Part shown: piece after piece, positions 55,238-64,000 of the stretch
Position numbering within the stretch: position 1 is the stretch's first letter
Layout: each line of letters begins with the position of its first letter
Assembly: GCA_018055905.1 (NCBI GenBank)
Contig: JAGPGT010000001.1
Coordinates: 1,075-65,074, forward strand
Length of the DNA stretch: 64,000 bases
From: Phycisphaerae bacterium
Lineage (GTDB): Bacteria > Planctomycetota > Phycisphaerae > Sedimentisphaerales > Anaerobacaceae
Direction: 5' to 3'
Made by a program: the position numbers and the translations under genes
Notes under the pieces: model-generated
Databases searched by the model: none
What the model saw: only the letters and a program-made list of their open reading frames with translations
What the model was told of the DNA's origin: nothing

Positions 55238-58200
55238 TCAGCGATTTCGCAACAGGTCGATCAACTCGTCGGCCGTGAGGGTGTGGGCGGTGTCGGTGCC
55301 TTCGAGGAGCGAGTCGGCCAAGTCGCGTTTGGCATGGTGGAGTTGGACGATCTTTTCCTCGATGGTATCCGCGGCCACCAGCCGGTAGACCGTCACCGGG
55401 CGGGTCTGTCCGATACGGTGGGCCCGGTCGGAGGCCTGGTCTTCGACCGCCGGGTTCCACCAGGGGTCCATGTGGATCACGTAGTCGGCTGCGGTCAGGT
55501 TCAGGCCCAGGCCGCCGGCTTTGAGCGAAATCAGGAAGAGATCCCCTTCGCCGTTCTGGAAGGCGTCGATCCGTCGTTGGCGGGTCTTGGCCGGGGTTTG
55601 GCCGTCGAGGTACTGGTAGCGGATGCCCTTGGCGTCGAGGTACTCGCGGAGTAAGGTTAGATGGTCCACGAACTGCGAGAAGACCAGAGCCTTGTGCTGG
55701 TTGTCAATCAGCTCGTCCACTAGTTCCGCGAAGGCTTCGAGCTTGGAGCCGGTCAGGCCGCAATTAGGCACCACCAAACGCGGATTGCAGCAGCAGCGGC
55801 GCAGCTTCATCAGTTCGGCCAGCACCTGGATATGAGCCTGGCCGCGGTCCATCTCCCGCGTGCCTTCGAGTCGCTCCAACGCCCGCTGGCGGAGGGATTC
55901 GTGCAGGGCCCGCTCTTCGGGGCTCAGTTCGACCAGCCGCATCACTTCTGTCCGCGGCGGCAGGTCTTCGAGCACCTGGGCCTTGGTCCGCCGCAAAATG
56001 AAGGGCTGGACGATGGCTTTGAGCACGTGGTTGGCCCCCGGGTCTCGCTCTCCCTCGATGGGTCGGACGAAACGTTCGCGGAACCGCTCTTCCGAGCCCA
56101 GCAGGCCCGGGTTGATGAAGCGGAATAGATTCCAGAGTTCCGAGAGCCTGTTCTCAATGGGGGTACCGGTGCAGATCATGCGGAATCCCCCGTTGAGGTT
56201 CATTGCGGCCGACGACCGCTTCGTGGCGGCGTTCTTAATCGCTTGGGCTTCATCCAGGACGATCGTCGCGAACTTCACATCCTTTATTGCCTCGGCCTCC
56301 TGCTGGAGTAGTGTATAGGAGCAGATCAGCAAGTCGAAAGGACCGAGGGCCTTCAGGACGTCGTTACGCCGGCCGAGGTCGCCGATGCCGAAACGGATGG
56401 GCCGCAGAGTCGGGGCAAACCGTTGGGCTTCGAAGACCCAATTGGCACAGACGCTGGTCGGAGCGGCGACCAGCGTCGGGCCCTGCGACGCACGGTGCAG
56501 GATCAGAGCCAGAGCCTCAATGGTCTTGCCTAGCCCCATGTCGTCGGCCAGGCATGCGCCGACTCCCCATTCGGCCAGGCGAGCCAGCCAAATAAAGCCG
56601 TCCCTCTGGTAGGGACGCAATTGTGTTTGGAGCGTCGAGGGGACCATCGGCTGGTACGATTCAACCCTTCGGAAACGATCGATGTGGGCATCGAACGTCG
56701 CATCGGCCTGAAACTCACCGATTTCATTCTTCCACTTTTCCAAGCTGATGGCCGCCAGCGGATGGATGCGGAGCCTGTTGCCTTTGCCGGTGAATTGGCC
56801 ACCCGTGGCGAGCCACTGAAGCTGCTTTCGCAGTTGTTTCGTAAGGGCGACGTACTGATCCTTGCCCAAGGCAATAAACCGCTTGTCCCCGTTTTCGATC
56901 TCCTCCAAAAGGGCCTGCATCCGGATCATGAGGTTTTCGTCCACACGGATTTCACCCTCGATTTCGAACCAGTCTTGGGCCGAATGGATCGAGAGACGCA
57001 ACTGCTGCGGCGAAAGCGACCTTACGGTGATCGGGTCGCCCTTGGGCCACTCGACCCGCAGGGTCTGTTCGTTCACCTCCTGAAGCCTTTCCAGGAGTCC
57101 CAAAGCCATTTCGGGATCGTCCAGGATCCAGAGGTAATCCCCCTTCTCATCATCCAACCCGATCGCTTCCAATGCGGCGGCAGCGCGATCGGCTTCGTCC
57201 TGGAGGACACGATGGGTCTGGAGGGGCTTGCCCCCGATGAATTCGACCAAATGCGGATTGCCGACACCGGGAGTAAAAGCCCGTTGCGACTGGTTGCCCA
57301 GCGGAGCGACGACCATCTCCGCCCGGAGGCCCTGGTCCAGACGTTGCAGGCGGAGGCGGGGTTGGCTGTCCGGTTCGACGACCTCGGCCCCCTCGGTCGC
57401 CAAGGCCACATCTGATTGGATGGCCACGTGCTTGGACAAGCCCTGTAGTCGGTTCAGCACCGACTCGGAGTGGTCCTTCGGGACCGAAACCCCGTCGGGA
57501 CCCAGGATCTCGGCCATGCGAATGTGCTTGGGTTCGAACACCACAACTCGCACCCGGGTCGGCGACTCCTTGGTGATGATACTGGCGAAGTTGGCGCCGA
57601 CATCGACCTCCGGATAGGGGATCATTCGGATGCACAAGTGATGAGCCTTGGGAACGATGCATACCTCCGGTGTCCCTTGCACGATTTCTACCGGGAGGTG
57701 GGGGTGGTCTTCCCAGAAGACGTTGGGGTGTCCCGTCAGAGCCCGCAGCGCCAGGCCGGTGTCAAGACGATAAACCATATCGTAGTATTCGCGTCGTCCG
57801 GTGATGTTGACCAGGGCCGCTCTGTCCTGGTCGGTCAGATAATCGATTTCCTGAGGATTCAGTTGGGCGAGCCGATATACCCCGATCTCCCGGCCTTTGG
57901 TCCAGCCGCCGGTTTTGGTCCGCTTCTGTTCGACCGGGATAACTTCAATTCGACCGGCGTGTTTCCACTCCCGCAACTTCCAGCCCAGACGTCGTGAGGC
58001 GTTCGTCGGACGGGTTTCGGCGTCTTGTGCTTCGTGCAGAAGCTGTTCCAAGGCGTCGATCCGGCTCTCCCAGATCTCTTTGATGGGCCACAGTTCGGAC
58101 AGGTCCTTGGCCGGGGTGTCGCGGAAGAATGCCTCGGCCTGGTCGCGATAAGCCGGCAGTGTTTGGCCAAGCCTGCTCAGCAGGCGGACGATTTGCATTC

Positions 58201-59542
58201 CCACCCAGTTGGCACCGCCCGTACTACACTCGTGGAGGAAGCTCTCGAGCTCGGAAAGGATCGCGTGCTTGCGGTTCTTCATCGCCTTGGTCTGCGAGGT
58301 GTAGAACCAGGAGAGCAGTTGTGTCACATAACTGCTGGCTCGGATCAGCGCAGGGACATTGGTTGTAGGGAAGAACCGGGCTTCGGATTTCAAACGGGCG
58401 GCTATGTCGTAGCCTTCGTGCCACGCAAGCAATTCCGCCAGGAAAGCATAGGTATCGCGATACCCGCTGTAGATTCGGCTGGCGTTCAGCCAGGTCATCC
58501 AGTTTCGGACCTGCTGGTGGTCCGTCGGCGTCTGATCGGACTGAATCAGCAGCAGAGTGTGCAAAGTAGCGGGAAAGCTGAGGAGATACTCAATCTGTGC
58601 GGTCTTGCTCTTGCCAACCTGACGGAGGGCCTGTTCATAGGCAAACCGAGCTTCGTCCTTGCGGCCCGAGAGCAGCTCGAACATGCCGCGGATGATCCAG
58701 ATGTTCAGATCGGCGAAATGCTCCAGGAGGTCTCGGGCGGCTAGGAAATCACCCGCCAACAAATCCCGTTCCACCACGTGGGTGACGCACCGTTCCAGAA
58801 GGGTCTTGTTCAGTTGGGGATGGTTGTGTACTAACCAGTCTCTCGCATATGCAAAGACGGGGTGGTTCAGCTTCAGGAGCATCACTTCCTGATGGAGACC
58901 TTCGTATAGCAACAGGTCGCGGTACTGGGGCAGCAGCCGTTCTACGTACTGGGGTTGGAACGGATCCATACAGACGATGACCAGTACTTTGACGATGGAT
59001 CCGATTCGCTCATCCTGGCTGCACAGTCCCGCCAGACGTTTGATCTGGTCCTGATCGTCCAACTCCAAAGCCAGGAATACGTCCCGACAGGCGTGGGAGA
59101 ACGAGACGAATCGCCGTCTTCCCCACTTGTACTCCCAGGTTTCGGCACCGACCTGGCCGGGCACCGCCCGCTGAAGCGCGGCGGCGAATCGGTGCAGCCA
59201 GCCCTTCTTGCGAGCCGCCTCGATTGTGGTCGTGCGGGCCTCCGGTCGGCAGACCGGTGGGTCGGATCCCATACTCGTGATTTGGCCCCGGTCTCTAAGT
59301 CGCTGCATGCAGGGGGTAAGTTTCTGAATCGTGATGGCCGAGCCGTCGCGCATGGTCATTCCGACCTGTTTGAGGGCTCGGGCCAAGTCGCTTTTGGACA
59401 GTGGACCGAACGACAAGGCATACATCACAAGCGCCGCCTCTTCCACGCTCGACGGCAGCCCCGCATCGAACAATTCAGGTTTGTTTTTTACCGTCTCCAG
59501 TCCAGGTTTCTTGCTGCGGAATCGATCCGTCGTTGTGTCCAT
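55238..59542 (-). CDS. SNF2-family helicase/translocase with ~900-aa N-terminal extension
   Basis: C-terminal SNF2_N + Helicase_C: LRPYQRDGFIWL, LADDMGLGKT, VLDEAQAIKN, TGTPIENRL, LVFSQF, LISLKAGGLGLNLTAADYVIHMDPWWNPAVEDQASDRAHRIGQ. No motif recognised in the N-terminal region. Confidence 0.85.
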   Translation of the reverse strand: MDTTTDRFRSKKPGLETVKNKPELFDAGLPSSVEEAALVMYALSFGPLSKSDLARALKQVGMTMRDGSAITIQKLTPCMQRLRDRGQITSMGSDPPVCRPEARTTTIEAARKKGWLHRFAAALQRAVPGQVGAETWEYKWGRRRFVSFSHACRDVFLALELDDQDQIKRLAGLCSQDERIGSIVKVLVIVCMDPFQPQYVERLLPQYRDLLLYEGLHQEVMLLKLNHPVFAYARDWLVHNHPQLNKTLLERCVTHVVERDLLAGDFLAARDLLEHFADLNIWIIRGMFELLSGRKDEARFAYEQALRQVGKSKTAQIEYLLSFPATLHTLLLIQSDQTPTDHQQVRNWMTWLNASRIYSGYRDTYAFLAELLAWHEGYDIAARLKSEARFFPTTNVPALIRASSYVTQLLSWFYTSQTKAMKNRKHAILSELESFLHECSTGGANWVGMQIVRLLSRLGQTLPAYRDQAEAFFRDTPAKDLSELWPIKEIWESRIDALEQLLHEAQDAETRPTNASRRLGWKLREWKHAGRIEVIPVEQKRTKTGGWTKGREIGVYRLAQLNPQEIDYLTDQDRAALVNITGRREYYDMVYRLDTGLALRALTGHPNVFWEDHPHLPVEIVQGTPEVCIVPKAHHLCIRMIPYPEVDVGANFASIITKESPTRVRVVVFEPKHIRMAEILGPDGVSVPKDHSESVLNRLQGLSKHVAIQSDVALATEGAEVVEPDSQPRLRLQRLDQGLRAEMVVAPLGNQSQRAFTPGVGNPHLVEFIGGKPLQTHRVLQDEADRAAAALEAIGLDDEKGDYLWILDDPEMALGLLERLQEVNEQTLRVEWPKGDPITVRSLSPQQLRLSIHSAQDWFEIEGEIRVDENLMIRMQALLEEIENGDKRFIALGKDQYVALTKQLRKQLQWLATGGQFTGKGNRLRIHPLAAISLEKWKNEIGEFQADATFDAHIDRFRRVESYQPMVPSTLQTQLRPYQRDGFIWLARLAEWGVGACLADDMGLGKTIEALALILHRASQGPTLVAAPTSVCANWVFEAQRFAPTLRPIRFGIGDLGRRNDVLKALGPFDLLICSYTLLQQEAEAIKDVKFATIVLDEAQAIKNAATKRSSAAMNLNGGFRMICTGTPIENRLSELWNLFRFINPGLLGSEERFRERFVRPIEGERDPGANHVLKAIVQPFILRRTKAQVLEDLPPRTEVMRLVELSPEERALHESLRQRALERLEGTREMDRGQAHIQVLAELMKLRRCCCNPRLVVPNCGLTGSKLEAFAELVDELIDNQHKALVFSQFVDHLTLLREYLDAKGIRYQYLDGQTPAKTRQRRIDAFQNGEGDLFLISLKAGGLGLNLTAADYVIHMDPWWNPAVEDQASDRAHRIGQTRPVTVYRLVAADTIEEKIVQLHHAKRDLADSLLEGTDTAHTLTADELIDLLRNR

Positions 59543-59968
59543 CCCGAGACCATCTCCAGTGGTAGGGATCGCCGAGAGGCCGCCTCAAAGCACCGGTCCG
59601 GGCTCGTCGATCTCAAAACCTTCACTATACACGATAGCGATCGGCATCCGCAAGACCTCGCTTCGAGTTGAATCCACGTTCCACGTTCTTCGTGGGCGGC
59701 GCAGCAAAGTTCTTTCCCCACCAGCAGGGGGACGCAGAACCAAGGGTCCGCGTCGAGCGCGTTGGCCAGTTGGATCAGGGACTCGATCGCGACGCCGGCT
59801 TCATCGCCCTGGACCTGCCTTGAGGGAGTCGTGCAGTCGGACCAGTGGATCTGTTCGGAGCCGTTGGTCCGCCAGAGCCGAGTTCTCATTCGCGGCGGCG
59901 CTCAAACCGACTGGCTGGAGCATCGAGAGAAGGATGGCTCCTACGAACAGCATATTCCTGGTCTTCAT
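59488..59968 (-). pseudogene. Probable remnant of a secreted (glycoside-hydrolase-like?) gene: intact signal peptide, then frameshift and truncation
   Basis: GAGGTG 5 nt upstream of ATG 59968. That frame encodes MKTRNMLFVGAILLSMLQPVGLSAAANENSALADQ... and stops after 57 codons. Overlapping listed ORF 59488..59889 in another frame reads ...GVAIESLIQLANALDADPWFCVP, then degenerates and runs into the SNF2 start. Confidence 0.35.
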
Positions 59969-59976
59969 CAGGCACC

Positions 59977-62700
59977 TCATCTCACAGGCAGTTGTGAGAT
60001 GAACTCGTACGTCCCGGACTCCACCTCGAAGACGACGCAGCCCTTTTCAAAGCGCAGGAACCTCGCGTGTTCGCCCACGTGAATGACGTCGGGGCCTTCA
60101 GCGATTGCCTTCTGCGGGTCGCAGGGGACGTACACGGTGGCGGTCGTATTCACCGGCACCGCGATCTTCAGGATGAACCTGCCGCCACGGATCTCCCAGT
60201 TGCTGCGGATCGTGCCGTACATCGATTCGTACTCCGCTTTCGCCCATCTGACGTCGCCCAGCAGTTGCGGCTTGATCACAAACCGCTTGAAACCCACCGC
60301 ATCGGGATCGAGCCGGATGCCGCCGAGAACCTGGTAAAACCAGGCGCTGATGTGCCCGAACATGATATGGTTGCGGGAGGCCTCGCCGTCCCACTGCTCC
60401 CAGAGCGTGGTCGCGCCCTCTTCGAGCCAGCGGCCCCAGCTCGGATAGGTGGTCTTGGTCGCCATGCCGTACACCACATCGGCCCGGCCGCCCGCGGTCA
60501 GGCAGTCGATCAGGTACTTCGTGCCCAGGATGCCGGCGTCGAGGAAGCCGTCGTTCTCCTTGATCATCGCGACGAGATTGTTCAGGACTCGCTCCTGTTC
60601 CTGCGGCGGGACGAGCCCATGCGTCAGGGCGCAGCTCATTGCAGTCTGCGTGCCACCGGCGTAGAGGCCGGTGTCCTTATTGAAGAACTCGCGATTGAAC
60701 GCGTCGCGGATTCCATCGGCCAGATCCTCGTACTTGCGGGCCTCCTCGGTTTTGCCCAGCCTCGCGGCGGTCTTCGAGACGATCACCGCGTCGCGATAAT
60801 AATAGCCGGTCGAGGTCACCTTCTCCGGCGTCTTGGACTTGGCGGGCACCCAGTCACCCAGGCCGATCGAGACGATGCCGTTCTGGGCCTTGCTGGTGAG
60901 ATAGTCCACATAGCGCTTGTGCCGCTCGTAATGCTCGGCCAGGACTCGCGTGTCGCCGTTGTATTGATAGAGATACCACGGGATCAGGACATAGGCGCTG
61001 TCCCAGGCGGGCCCGTTGCCCCAGGCGTATCCCCAGCCGCTCGTGGGCACAATGCCGGGCAACTCGCCGCTGTCCCGCTGCTCATCGTATAGATCGTTGA
61101 TCCATTTGGCGTAGGCGGCCGCCGAGTCGAAATTGTACAGGCCGGTCTCCGCGGCCAGGTGGGCGTCGCCCGTCCAGCCGTTCTTCTCGCGGTGCGGGCA
61201 GTCGGTTGGATAGCCGTGGAAGTTGCTGACATAGGACCACAGCGTATTGCGCTGGATGCGGTTGAACAACTCGTTGGAGCACTCGAATGAGCCGGCCTTG
61301 TCGAAGGCGGTGTGTACGACGCGGGCCTCCAGCATGTCCAGGCTCGCCTTGCCCGGCAGCCCGGTCACTTCGACGTACTGGAATCCGTGGTAGACGAACC
61401 GAGGCTCCCAGATCTCCGTGCCCTGGCCTTTGAGGATGTAGGTGTCGGTTTGGGGTTTGCCGGTCTTGATGTGCTGACCGATCTCTCGCTGGTCGAGCGT
61501 GCCGTCTTCGTTGAGCCGCTCGCCATATCGCATGACGACCTCCGTGCCGGCGGGCCCTGAGACCTTCAGCCTCGCCCAGCCGGCCAGGTTCTGCCCGACG
61601 TCGAAGACGTACACGCCGGGCTTAGGCTCGGTGATCTTGGCCGATCTCAGGGTTTGCGTGACCTTGATCGGCGGCATCATCTGCGACCGCAATTCGCCCT
61701 TGGGGCCCGCGTCCACCTGCGCCAGGGGCCAGTTCGTGTCGTCGAAGCCCCCGGCGTCCCAATTGGGGATTTCCAGGCGGGCGTCGTAGGTCTCGCCGTT
61801 ACGGATGCTGTCGAAGACGATCGGACCGGTCGAGACCCGCCACGTCGCGTCGCTGGCGACGACTTTCGTAGAACCATCCGCAAAGGTCATTTCGAGCTGG
61901 CACCGCAGGACCGGGCGATCCCGCCAGGGGGCCTTGTCGAAGTCCCACACGCAGCGCGTGTGCATGTTGTACCAGCCGTTGCCGAGAATCACGCCGAGAG
62001 CGTTTTGCCCTTTCTTGAGCTGGCTTGTCACGTCGTGGACGACGTAGAGAGCCCGCCTGTCGTAGCGGGTGAACGCCGGATCGAGAACGTGATCGCCGAC
62101 CTTCTGGCCGTTGAGGCGCAGCTCGTGATAGCCCAGACCGCAGATGTAGACTCGCGCGCTGACGGGCGTCTCGGACAGGAGAAACGACTTGCGGAACAGC
62201 GGCGCCGGTTGTGGGCCTTTGTCCTCATCCCTGCCCGGCGCGCTGATCCACTGTGCCTTCCAGTCCTGCGGCGTCAGCAACCCCATATCCCATGTGCCGA
62301 CCTCGCTGAAGGGGCTTGTCTTGCCGTCGGCGTCCCAGACCCGCACTTTCCAGTAGCAGGGGGTCCGCGAGGCAAGCGGGCGACCCGCATAGACGACGTG
62401 AACGGACTGGTCGGACGTGACCTTGCCGCTGTCCCAGAGGTCCGCCCGGTCCTCCTTGAGCATCTTCTCGCTGCCTGCCACGAGGATCTGGTAGGCGGTC
62501 TGCCTTTGACCCCGCCAGCGGGATTGGAGTTTCCAGCTCAGCCTGGGCTGTGCGACATCGACGCCCAGCGGATTGCTCAGGTACTCGCATCGCAGGTCCG
62601 TGACCCGCACGTCGCTGCCCAGTTGCGGCAGCCCTGCGCCGACGCTCGAAACCGCGATCCATTGCGCCAGGATGATCGTTCCCCACTGAACCATGTCCAT
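59977..62700 (-). CDS. Alpha-L-rhamnosidase (GH78)
   Basis: N-terminal LRCEYLSNPLGVDVAQPRLSWKL...RGQRQTAYQILVA...LWDSGKV.S.QS..V.Y.G..L.S...YWKVRVWD. Later six-hairpin region GYPTDCPHREKNGWTGD. AGGAGG upstream of ATG 62700/62694. The listed ORF to 63009 is an extension. Confidence 0.88.
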   Translation of the reverse strand: MDMVQWGTIILAQWIAVSSVGAGLPQLGSDVRVTDLRCEYLSNPLGVDVAQPRLSWKLQSRWRGQRQTAYQILVAGSEKMLKEDRADLWDSGKVTSDQSVHVVYAGRPLASRTPCYWKVRVWDADGKTSPFSEVGTWDMGLLTPQDWKAQWISAPGRDEDKGPQPAPLFRKSFLLSETPVSARVYICGLGYHELRLNGQKVGDHVLDPAFTRYDRRALYVVHDVTSQLKKGQNALGVILGNGWYNMHTRCVWDFDKAPWRDRPVLRCQLEMTFADGSTKVVASDATWRVSTGPIVFDSIRNGETYDARLEIPNWDAGGFDDTNWPLAQVDAGPKGELRSQMMPPIKVTQTLRSAKITEPKPGVYVFDVGQNLAGWARLKVSGPAGTEVVMRYGERLNEDGTLDQREIGQHIKTGKPQTDTYILKGQGTEIWEPRFVYHGFQYVEVTGLPGKASLDMLEARVVHTAFDKAGSFECSNELFNRIQRNTLWSYVSNFHGYPTDCPHREKNGWTGDAHLAAETGLYNFDSAAAYAKWINDLYDEQRDSGELPGIVPTSGWGYAWGNGPAWDSAYVLIPWYLYQYNGDTRVLAEHYERHKRYVDYLTSKAQNGIVSIGLGDWVPAKSKTPEKVTSTGYYYRDAVIVSKTAARLGKTEEARKYEDLADGIRDAFNREFFNKDTGLYAGGTQTAMSCALTHGLVPPQEQERVLNNLVAMIKENDGFLDAGILGTKYLIDCLTAGGRADVVYGMATKTTYPSWGRWLEEGATTLWEQWDGEASRNHIMFGHISAWFYQVLGGIRLDPDAVGFKRFVIKPQLLGDVRWAKAEYESMYGTIRSNWEIRGGRFILKIAVPVNTTATVYVPCDPQKAIAEGPDVIHVGEHARFLRFEKGCVVFEVESGTYEFISQLPVR

Positions 62701-62971
62701 ATACCTCCTACCAGGGTTGCGGAAATACCTTTCGCGGCGATTGTCTCGCAGAACGCGGCGCAAATCAAGCGTACAATTCGCGAGCATGCGCGGGGATTCG
62801 TCTGTTGACGGTCGTCTCCCCGACCAGTAGTTGACGACACGTCGATTGATGTCGAAGAATGACTTGGTGGAGGCCGCCATCCTGCTGCTCACCCCGCTGT
62901 ACGTCATGGGGCAGGCACGCGAGCGACAGGACATCGTCGCCGCCGAGATTGGCTCCGATCCCAAGTGCCCC

Positions 62972-63457
62972 ATGTTCCTGATCTCGTGCCGGACCGAGCA
63001 GCAGATCACCCGGGGGCTGGGAGTCAGCTATTGGATCTGGGGCATCCTGGGACTGGTTCTGGCAGTGGCAGGCGTCGCTGTATTCACCTCCGCCCATGGC
63101 GGTGGACTGCCGCGTGCCGTGACGCCCGGCGTGGCGGCTGCCTCGGTCTACCTGCTGGCCTGGGCCCTTGGATGGGTCTGGTTCGTCTTCAACAGCCTTA
63201 TCGGCCTGCGAAACCGCGTGAGCCAGGCGTGGTCGCTGGTCGAGGTTGAAACGTCGATACGATCTGATTCCGAATCTCATCTCGGTTGTCAAAGGACTGA
63301 GCGACCACGAACGCGACGTGCAGACGGAACTGGCCTCGCTGCGCACGCAAATGGAAGCCACGCCGCCGGGGGTGGCCGGGCCGGGCTCAAGCCGCAACCC
63401 CTCATGGCTGCCAACGATTTCGAGCGAGCCGTTGTGCCGGTCGACCTGGCGCAGTAG
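62972..63457 (+). pseudogene. LemA-family gene, frameshifted near 63245 and C-terminally truncated
   Basis: Frame A reads ...FNSLIGLRNRVSQAWSLVEVE, then nonsense. Frame +1 (listed ORF 63246..) continues with the canonical LemA LKRRYDLIPNLISVVKGLSDHERDVQTELASLR. No frame carries the remaining ~90 aa of a LemA domain before the converging PAP2 gene. Confidence 0.5.
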
Positions 63458-63474
63458 CAGGTTCGTCGTCTGGA

Positions 63475-64000
63475 TCAGAACCATCTGGACAGACTGATGC
63501 CGACGGCCGGGGTATCGCGGCTGCCGGTGTAGGGGAGCACTTCGAATCCCGCGATCTCGGCATTGCCGTGACGCTGGGCGACGGTGTGACCGACCACCCA
63601 GCCCAGGGCCGCGCCGAAGACGACGTCGCTGGCCCAGTGGTCGCCGTCGTCCATCATTCGCCAGGCGACGACGCCGGCGATGGCATAGGCGGGCAGGCCT
63701 ACTTTCAAGCCGTAGAACTCGTGCAGCACCGAGGCGACTGCGACCGAGCTGGAGGTGTGGCCGCTGGGCCAGGCCCAGCCCTGGCCGTCGGGCTGGTCGT
63801 TGTCGCGGATCGCCTTGAGTCCGCCCGTGACGGCGCCGGTGATAGTCAACGCAGAGAGCATAGTGACCGCCTTGCGTCGGCCCTCGTCGCTCTGGTCCCT
63901 GGCTTCGACGAGGTACCAGAGACCGGTGGCGGCAAAATGCGTCACCGGCGAACCGATGACGAACAGTACGTCCTCGTCGAAGCCGCCGAAGGTGCTGTGC
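63475..64000 (-). CDS. PAP2-family phosphatase (membrane), 5' end beyond the window
   Basis: The frame stays open to base 64000 (the listed start 63945 is a GTG inside it). PAP2 motifs LKAIRDNDQP, WPSGHTSSS, DHWASDVVFGAALG. Confidence 0.75.
   Translation of the reverse strand, partial: HSTFGGFDEDVLFVIGSPVTHFAATGLWYLVEARDQSDEGRRKAVTMLSALTITGAVTGGLKAIRDNDQPDGQGWAWPSGHTSSSVAVASVLHEFYGLKVGLPAYAIAGVVAWRMMDDGDHWASDVVFGAALGWVVGHTVAQRHGNAEIAGFEVLPYTGSRDTPAVGISLSRWF

Noticed and set aside
60067-62808. Plus-strand ORFs 60067..61092 and 61654..62808
   Set aside because: Antisense to the GH78 rhamnosidase gene.
1-64000. Looked for CRISPR arrays, rRNA/tRNA/tmRNA/RNase P signatures, transposase/integrase genes, inverted terminal repeats and prophage blocks
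   Set aside because: I found no regularly spaced direct repeats, conserved RNA signature strings or mobile-element genes by eye. A covariance-model scan (Infernal, tRNAscan-SE) would be needed to exclude small RNAs formally.

Overview
GC-rich bacterial chromosomal segment. Gene content looks like Planctomycetota: a DUF1559/H-X9-DG pseudopilin-like protein, a TIGR02999-type ECF sigma factor next to a Ser/Thr kinase, three tandem PQQ-like beta-propeller genes, dockerin-like, LamG/discoidin and LRR secreted proteins, and a GH78 rhamnosidase. I call about 50 protein-coding genes. I saw no rRNA, tRNA, CRISPR array, transposase or integrase. Recognisable housekeeping genes are feoB (5' partial), galU, manA, ribF, the gap-pgk-rpe operon, an AlaC-like aminotransferase and an N-acetylmuramoyl-L-alanine amidase. 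Observations worth follow-up: (1) a Fur-family-regulated minus-strand operon (16755->12518) encoding His/Cys-rich membrane and secreted proteins plus a DUF1559 pseudopilin-like protein, preceded by a near-consensus promoter whose -35 box sits inside a perfect 15-bp palindrome; (2) an ECF sigma / Ser-Thr kinase / 3x PQQ-propeller module with no anti-sigma gene; (3) two tandem ~93-nt structured repeats with compensatory stem changes and T-tracts at 40551-40768; (4) a NusG-paralog-led operon for uronic-acid nucleotide-sugar salvage; (5) feoB followed by an outer-membrane barrel and a pentaheme cytochrome behind a palindromic operator; (6) a bacterial XPB-like helicase / DUF790 (Bax1-like) nuclease pair; (7) a three-segment alternative RNA pairing over the rpe ribosome-binding site. 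All functional calls come from motif recognition by eye; no database search was run. Many long ORFs in the six-frame track are antisense or out-of-frame artefacts of high GC and were rejected.
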